This document shows positions 63,480-64,000 of a stretch of DNA of 64,000 bases, piece by piece. The position numbers and the translations under genes were made by a program. Positions within the stretch are counted from its first letter, which is position 1. The number at the start of each line of letters is the position of its first letter. Origin of the DNA: an uncultured Thermotogae bacterium. Lineage in GTDB: Bacteria > Bipolaricaulota > Bipolaricaulia > RBG-16-55-9 > JAJCYT01. The notes below the pieces were generated by a model. The model was not told the DNA's origin, ran no database searches, and saw nothing but the letters and a program-made list of their open reading frames with translations. The DNA lies in contig CAZNGF010000006.1 of assembly GCA_964572855.1 (NCBI GenBank), positions 3,910 to 67,909 of the forward strand. The letters run 5' to 3'.

Positions 63480-64000
63480 CGCACGCGACGGAACGATCCG
63501 AGCGGCCGGGCAAGCTGATCGCGGTCGAGGGGCTGGACGGCTCGGGCAAGTCAACCCAGATCTTCCTGCTCAAGCGCTGGCTCGAGCTGGGCGGGTACAA
63601 GGTGTTTTTCACCGAGTGGAATTCCTCGCCCGTGGTGAAGCGCTCGACCAAACGCGGCAAGAAGCGGCGCATCCTGAGCCCGACGACGTTCGCGCTCATC
63701 CACTGCACGGACTTCGCCGACCGCTACGAGCGCCAGATCCTGCCGCTGCTGCAGGCGGGCTACCTCGTGCTGGCCGACCGCTACATCTACACGGCCTTCG
63801 CCCGCGACGCCGCGCGCGATTGCGACCGGGATTGGATCAGCCGGCTCTACCGCTTCGCCGCCCACCCGGACCTCACGTTCTTCTTCGACGCCCCGCTGGA
63901 CGTCGCGCTCGGGCGCATTCTGGACGGGCGCCCGCAGCTGAAGTACTACGAGGCCGGCATGGACATGGGCTTGGCCGAGGACCCCTACGAGAGCTTCCGC
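63476..64000 (+). CDS. thymidylate-kinase-like P-loop kinase (3' end runs off the window)
   Basis: TTG 63476 overlaps the ppx stop (TTGA), with GGAGGGGAGG upstream. P-loop IAVEGLDGSGKSTQ and the LADRY motif. An unusual basic insert (KRSTKRGKKRR) is present. Confidence 0.7.
   Translation, partial: MTHATERSERPGKLIAVEGLDGSGKSTQIFLLKRWLELGGYKVFFTEWNSSPVVKRSTKRGKKRRILSPTTFALIHCTDFADRYERQILPLLQAGYLVLADRYIYTAFARDAARDCDRDWISRLYRFAAHPDLTFFFDAPLDVALGRILDGRPQLKYYEAGMDMGLAEDPYESFR

Noticed and set aside
1-64000. Looked for CRISPR arrays, rRNA genes, further tRNAs, intact IS elements or prophage blocks, and classic defence-system signatures (reverse transcriptase, Cas, cyclase plus effector, restriction-modification).
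   Set aside because: I found no regularly spaced direct repeats and no rRNA-like conserved stretches. I also found no additional cloverleaf-capable segments in the few non-coding gaps. The patatin gene has no cyclase partner, and the recombinase has no phage or IS context. Manual scanning can miss short or degenerate elements.

Overview
High-GC (roughly 68-70% by eye), densely coding bacterial chromosome segment, about 60 protein genes and one tRNA-Thr(UGU). I saw no rRNA, no CRISPR array and no intact prophage or transposon. Housekeeping genes I recognise with confidence: recG, dxr, ftsH, udk, dut, cdsA, folC, valS, split FO synthase cofG/cofH, a sigma-70 family factor, ppx/gppA and a tmk-like kinase. 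Between them lie many secreted or membrane accessory proteins: HEAT-repeat, PKD/beta-propeller, FG-GAP/ASPIC, CARDB-subtilisin, PPC plus beta-helix, and lamin-tail domain proteins. Most long ORFs in the six-frame track that lie antisense to these genes are Arg/Ala/Gly/Pro-rich high-GC artefacts. I found no complete, clearly novel multi-gene system (no obvious defence, CRISPR-like, retron or toxin module). The most unusual loci: (1) a divergent lipid-modification cluster at 54.6-60.4 kb, with FAD oxidoreductase, a DUF1365-like domain fused to a CFA-synthase-like methyltransferase, an SDR and three small membrane proteins, around one canonical promoter; (2) a 418-bp non-coding hub at 60.6-61.0 kb, a GC-rich structured core between two TATATA-rich islands, upstream of a sigma-ppx-tmk operon; (3) a low-GC islet after recG with IS110 and IS256 scars, two orphan membrane ORFs and two decayed genes; (4) a chimeric gene with a low-GC lamin-tail-domain 3' end abutting tRNA-Thr; (5) perfect 28-bp palindromes with identical GTAGGGGCGC arms just after stop codons; (6) an IorA-like TPP protein without Fe-S motifs, coupled to a GlcD-like oxidase. 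All family assignments come from reading the translations, no searches were run, and taxonomy cannot be assigned.
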